In this document: positions 60,333-64,000 of the stretch, one piece after another | How positions within the stretch are numbered: position 1 is the stretch's first letter | Layout: each line of letters begins with the position of its first letter | From: Candidatus Limnocylindrales bacterium | GTDB lineage: Bacteria; Chloroflexota; Limnocylindria; Limnocylindrales; CSP1-4 | NCBI GenBank assembly: GCA_038230295.1 | Contig: JBBRNM010000001.1 | Location: 27,745 to 91,744 of the forward strand | Length of the DNA: 64,000 nt | Direction of reading: 5' to 3' | Translations under genes and position numbers: made by a program | Notes under the pieces: model-generated | Told to the model about the DNA's origin: nothing | Seen by the model: the letters and a program-made list of their open reading frames with translations, nothing else | The model's database searches: none

Positions 60333-61169
60333 GTGGAAGCGCTGATCCATGCCGCGATCCTGGGGATCGTCCAGGGCCTGACCGAGTTCTTGCCGATCTC
60401 GTCGTCCGCGCACCTGATCCTCGTCCCGCGCCTGCTCGGCTGGAAAGACCCGTTCATCGATTCGGCCGCGTTCGACGTGATGCTCCACATGGGCACGCTC
60501 GTCGCCCTGCTCGTCTACTTCTGGCGCGACCTCATCGAGATCCTCGGGGCGTGGCTGGCATCCATCCGGGATCGCCGCATCGGCGACGATCCGGAGCGCC
60601 GACTCGCCTGGCTGCTGGTCGTGTCGGTGATCCCCGCAGCGATTCTCGGAGCAGCCTTCGAGGGCTTCTTCGACCAGACGTTCCGCGAGCACTACCAGTG
60701 GATCGCGATCTTCGTGCTCGTCGGGGCAACGCTCCTGTGGCTCGGCGAGCGGCGCGGAACCCAGGCGAAGGGCCTCGACGGGATGGTCCTCCGCGACGCG
60801 GTCACGATCGGTGCGGCCCAGGCGCTCGCGCTCTTCCCCGGGGCCTCCCGTTCCGGCATCACGATCGCGGCCGGGCTCCTCCTGGGCCTGAAGCGCGAGG
60901 CGGCGGCCCGCTTCAGCTTCCTCATGGCCGTGCCGGTCATCGCCGGGGCGGGCCTCTGGAAGGCGCGGACGCTCGTCGGGGCGAACCTCGGCGGTGCCCA
61001 GGTGAACGAGCTTGTCGTCGGGGTCGTGACGTCGGCCACCTTCGGGTTTATCGCGATCGCGTTCCTGCTGCGCTTCCTGCGCACGAACCCCACGACGGTC
61101 TTCATCGCCTATCGAATCGTGTTTGCCGCCGTGATCGTGGTCGCCTGGCTGGGACTCTGGGATCGCTGA
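60333..61169 (+). CDS. uppP: undecaprenyl-diphosphate phosphatase
   Basis: …LTEFLPISSSAHLIL… BacA motif. Confidence 0.9.
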   Translation: MEALIHAAILGIVQGLTEFLPISSSAHLILVPRLLGWKDPFIDSAAFDVMLHMGTLVALLVYFWRDLIEILGAWLASIRDRRIGDDPERRLAWLLVVSVIPAAILGAAFEGFFDQTFREHYQWIAIFVLVGATLLWLGERRGTQAKGLDGMVLRDAVTIGAAQALALFPGASRSGITIAAGLLLGLKREAAARFSFLMAVPVIAGAGLWKARTLVGANLGGAQVNELVVGVVTSATFGFIAIAFLLRFLRTNPTTVFIAYRIVFAAVIVVAWLGLWDR

Positions 61170-61176
61170 TCGACCC

Positions 61177-61647
61177 ATGGAGGTCATGAAGCAGCTCCGC
61201 CAGCGAGCGATCCGTGACCTCGTCGAACAGCGCCCGATCCGAACCCAGCAGGAGCTCGCCGCGGCCCTCCGGGAGCGCGGCTTGCGTGCCACGCAGGCGA
61301 CGATCAGTCGCGACGTGAAGGAGCTCGGGCTCGCCAAGGGCGGCCGTGCCGCGACGCGCGTTTACGTCCTGCCGCCGCGCCTCGTCGAGGCGGAGGTCTC
61401 CGGTGAGGACCGGCTCAAGAGGCTCCTCGGCGATCTCCCGGTCCAGGTCCGCGAGGCCGGCTTGCTGCTCGTCGTGCGGGCCCTGCCGGGCTCGGCGCAC
61501 GCGATCGCCGCCGCGCTGGACCGGGCGTCCTGGCCGGAAGTCGAAGGCTCCATCGCCGGGGACGACACGGTCTTCATCGCGGTCGCCGATCGAGGCGCGC
61601 TCGGGCGCGTGAAGGCTCGCCTGCTGGAGCTGTCCGCGAGTCGGTGA
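61177..61647 (+). CDS. argR: arginine repressor
   Basis: Winged-helix N-terminus …QQELAAALRERGLRATQATISRDVKELGL… and a C-terminal Arg-binding/oligomerisation domain. Confidence 0.85.
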   Translation: MEVMKQLRQRAIRDLVEQRPIRTQQELAAALRERGLRATQATISRDVKELGLAKGGRAATRVYVLPPRLVEAEVSGEDRLKRLLGDLPVQVREAGLLLVVRALPGSAHAIAAALDRASWPEVEGSIAGDDTVFIAVADRGALGRVKARLLELSASR

Positions 61648-61654
61648 GCGAGCT

Positions 61655-61683
61655 TTGACACCCCTCAGGGGCCGCAGTACGCT
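61655..61683 (+). promoter_or_regulatory. sigma-70-like promoter for greA (TTGACA -17 nt- TACGCT)
   Basis: Seen directly between the argR stop and the greA GTG start. A small CCCC-tca-GGGG hairpin lies within the spacer. Confidence 0.35.
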
Positions 61684-61764
61684 ACGCGGCCACACTCGAA
61701 CTCCAGCCTGCGGAGGACTCGCGCAGGGCTGGGGTTCTTTCCTTATGGGGGGTACGAACCCGCC

Positions 61765-62229
61765 GTGAACAACAAGCCAACCTACATCAGCAAGGACGGT
61801 CTCGAGAAGCTTCGCAAGGAGCTCGAGGAGATGGTCTCCGTGCGCCGTCCCGAGATCGCCCAGCGCATCCACGACGCCAAGGAGCACGGCGATCTGAGCG
61901 AGAACGCCGAGTACGAGGACGCCAAGAACGAGCAAGCGTTCGTGGAGGGTCGAATCCAGACGCTCGAGGCGCTCATCAAGAACGCGACGATCATCGACGA
62001 GCACCACACGAACGACCACGTCCAGATCGGATCGACCGTGAAGGTCGACGGCCCGGACGGCAAGCAGTCGTTCACGATCGTGGGCTCGACGGAGGCCCGC
62101 CCGACCGAGGGCCGGATCAGCAACGAGAGCCCCGTCGGGCGAGCCCTGTTGGGCCGGAAGTCGGGCGAGAAGGTCACCGTCCAGGTTCCGGCCGGCGACA
62201 TCGACTACAAGATCGTCTCCATCAGCTAG
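61765..62229 (+). CDS. greA: transcription elongation factor GreA
   Basis: …LSENAEYEDAKNEQAFVEGRI… GreA coiled-coil and a C-terminal FKBP-like domain. GTG start. Confidence 0.9.
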   Translation: MNNKPTYISKDGLEKLRKELEEMVSVRRPEIAQRIHDAKEHGDLSENAEYEDAKNEQAFVEGRIQTLEALIKNATIIDEHHTNDHVQIGSTVKVDGPDGKQSFTIVGSTEARPTEGRISNESPVGRALLGRKSGEKVTVQVPAGDIDYKIVSIS

Positions 62230-62261
62230 GGAGCGCGCGCCACGCGCGCCGGGAGCAGGGG

Positions 62262-63956
62262 ATGGATTGGTCTGACGAGCTGGCCGCGCGGGTGTCGGGG
62301 CCACAGGTCATCAACGACTCGAAGACGCCGTCGGGCACCGTCCACGTCGGCAGCCTCCGCGGGCCCGTCATCCTCGACGTGATCGTCCGGGCGCTGCGGG
62401 CCGCCGACATCGCCACGAACTTCCTGTACGGCATCGACGACCTCGATCCCATGGATGCCCAGGCGCTGCTGACGCCCGACGCCGTCGATCGCGAGATGGG
62501 CCGGCCGCTGTCGGCCATCCCCGATCAGGCCGGCGATGGCCACGCGTCGTACGCCCGCCACCACGCCGAGGCCTTCATCCAGACGTTTGCGGGCCTCGGG
62601 ATCCACCCGGATCGCTACTACTGGATGAGCGAGCACTACGCTGCGGGCGATCTCGATCCCTACATCCGCATCGCGCTCGATCGGGCGGCGACGGTTCGCG
62701 ATATCTATCGCCGCGTCGCGAACGTCCAGCACCCGGACGTGTGGCACCCGCTCAGCGTCATCTGCGAGACCTGCGGCAAAGTCGGCACGACGATCGTGAC
62801 CGCGTGGGACGGCGACCGGGTCCAGTACGAGTGCCGGCCGGACCTCGTCACGTGGGCCCGCGGCTGCGGCACCTCCGGCTGGGTCTCGCCATTTGGTGGG
62901 CGGGCGAAGCTGCCCTGGAACCTCGAATGGGCGGCCCAGTGGAGCCTGTTCGGCGTCACGATCGAGCCGTGCGGCAAGGACCTCTCGACGGCCGGTGGGT
63001 CGCGGGACCGCTCCGACGCGATCGCCCGCGAGGTGTTCGAGCGCGAACCGCCGATCAACGTGCCCTACGAGTTCCTGCTCATCGGCGGCCGGAAGATGTC
63101 GACCTCGAAGGGCCAGGGCGCCTCCGCCCAGAAGATGGTCGAGGTGGTGCCGGCCGAACAGCTCCGGCTGCTCTTCCTGCGGCCGAAGCCGAACACGGCG
63201 ATCGAGTTCGAGCCCGAGGGCACCGGCGCGATCCCGCGGCTGTTCGACGAGTTCGATCGACTGGCCGCGGCCGCGTCGGGCCGCGACGTGAAGGGCGAGC
63301 TGCCACCAGGCTACGAGGCGATGTTCCGGTACTCGCTCGTTGACCCTGGGGCCGACGTCGCCACCGAGGCAGCCTGGTTCAGACCCGCGTTCTCGCACCT
63401 GGCGATGCTCGCCCAGGTGCGGGGAGTGGACATCGTCGAGCGCGTTCGCGACGAGAAGGGGAGTGACCTCGAACCAGCGGAGCTCCTGATCCTGCAGGAG
63501 CGGCTCCGATCGGCCCGGGCCTGGCTCCAGGCCTATGCCCCGGACCGAGCCCGCATGGAAGTGCACCCGACGCTGCCGGACGAAGCGGCGGCCCTCGACG
63601 ACGCGCAGCGGCCGTTCCTCGGCGCTCTCGCGGCCCTCGCTGCTGCGGCGAACCCCGTGGACGCGGCACGGGCAGCCCCGCGGTCCGGCGGCTCCGCCGG
63701 CGGCCTGCGCGGCGGCGACGCGTGGCAGGCGGCGATCTTCGACACCGCTGCGACGATGAACCTGCCCGCCGGGAAAGCTTTCGAGGCCATCTACCTCGCC
63801 TTCCTCGGGCGACGGAACGGGCCACGGGCGGGCTGGCTCCTCGCCGGTCTGGACCCGACGTTCGTCCTCGGCCGGCTGCGCGAGGCCGCCAAAGAACTCG
63901 CCGCCGAGGAACCCGCCGCCAAACCCGCTGACGCCCCCGTCGAGGCGGCGCGATGA
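62262..63956 (+). CDS. lysS: class I (archaeal-type, LysK-like) lysyl-tRNA synthetase
   Basis: TPSGTVHVGSLRG is the HIGH-type motif, a zinc-binding insertion (CETCGK…ECRPD…) follows, and GGRKMSTSKGQG is the KMSKS motif. The sequence is collinear with archaeal LysRS class I. Confidence 0.8.
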   Translation: MDWSDELAARVSGPQVINDSKTPSGTVHVGSLRGPVILDVIVRALRAADIATNFLYGIDDLDPMDAQALLTPDAVDREMGRPLSAIPDQAGDGHASYARHHAEAFIQTFAGLGIHPDRYYWMSEHYAAGDLDPYIRIALDRAATVRDIYRRVANVQHPDVWHPLSVICETCGKVGTTIVTAWDGDRVQYECRPDLVTWARGCGTSGWVSPFGGRAKLPWNLEWAAQWSLFGVTIEPCGKDLSTAGGSRDRSDAIAREVFEREPPINVPYEFLLIGGRKMSTSKGQGASAQKMVEVVPAEQLRLLFLRPKPNTAIEFEPEGTGAIPRLFDEFDRLAAAASGRDVKGELPPGYEAMFRYSLVDPGADVATEAAWFRPAFSHLAMLAQVRGVDIVERVRDEKGSDLEPAELLILQERLRSARAWLQAYAPDRARMEVHPTLPDEAAALDDAQRPFLGALAALAAAANPVDAARAAPRSGGSAGGLRGGDAWQAAIFDTAATMNLPAGKAFEAIYLAFLGRRNGPRAGWLLAGLDPTFVLGRLREAAKELAAEEPAAKPADAPVEAAR

Positions 63957-64000
63957 GCGTCGGTGCCGCCCGTCTCCGTGAGGACGCCGATCGGGTTCGC
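63953..64000 (+). CDS. 5' end of a following gene (ATGA-coupled to the LysRS stop), truncated by the window edge
   Basis: ATG at 63953 (MSVGAARLREDADRV…). Only 16 codons are visible. Confidence 0.25.
   Translation, partial: MSVGAARLREDADRVR

Overview
The window is a high-GC (about 70-72%) chromosomal segment that looks actinobacterial and is dense with genes on both strands. Pointers to Actinobacteria are an F420-type LLM oxidoreductase, an lhr-nei2-like operon, Ku plus a multidomain LigD, and a Fur/Nur-like regulator. I found no rRNA, tRNA, CRISPR array or transposase. Because of the GC bias the six-frame track contains many long antisense ORFs that I treat as spurious.

In order along the window:
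- **1-8.1 kb:** a complete urate-degradation module. It has xanthine dehydrogenase Mo, 2Fe-2S and FAD subunits with a small membrane ORF embedded among them, OHCU decarboxylase and uricase. A peptidase-G1-like lipoprotein, an allantoinase-family amidohydrolase and a DUF3830-like ORF sit on the minus strand, and HIU hydrolase closes the module.
- **8.1-9.8 kb:** a HoxN/NixA-type Ni/Co permease divergent from a Fur-family (Nur-like) regulator, with a TTGCAA-containing palindrome between them.
- **9.8-15 kb:** an uncharacterised protein with a C-terminal PD-(D/E)xK (RmuC-like) nuclease motif lies immediately upstream of ku and a PE-Lig-Pol ligD.
- **15-22 kb:** LLM oxidoreductase, a possible papain-fold hypothetical, a YyaL-type thioredoxin-domain protein, a NUDIX protein preceded by a 9-bp tandem repeat, TatA, an HDAC/AcuC homolog, and a DoxX protein whose C-terminus is encoded by a 15-bp tandem repeat.
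- **22-28.4 kb:** an Lhr helicase translationally coupled to an Fpg/Nei glycosylase (Ala2 in place of Pro2), then a class II glutamine amidotransferase.
- **28.5-40 kb:**
  - An MFS transporter, cyanophycinase and cyanophycin synthetase (cphBA).
  - Convergent with them, an unusual CphA-like paralog with the N domain fused directly to the Mur-ligase domain and no ATP-grasp.
  - Next to these: an M20 peptidase, azlCD (azlD apparently frameshifted at an (AT)3 island), a small Zn-ribbon ORF and a signal-less GGT.
- **40-50 kb:** MFS, DegV, glutamate dehydrogenase, GNAT, a hypothetical paired with a DRTGG/P-loop protein, and panC-panB-coaBC-coaX.
- **50-64 kb:** a hypothetical, an AzgA-type purine permease, an M16 peptidase with a coupled hypothetical, ndk, an antiporter-like membrane pair with lepB, H+-PPase, uppP, argR, greA and a class I (archaeal-type) lysyl-tRNA synthetase.

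The most interesting candidates are the PD-(D/E)xK protein beside the NHEJ genes and the ATP-grasp-less CphA paralog beside cphBA.
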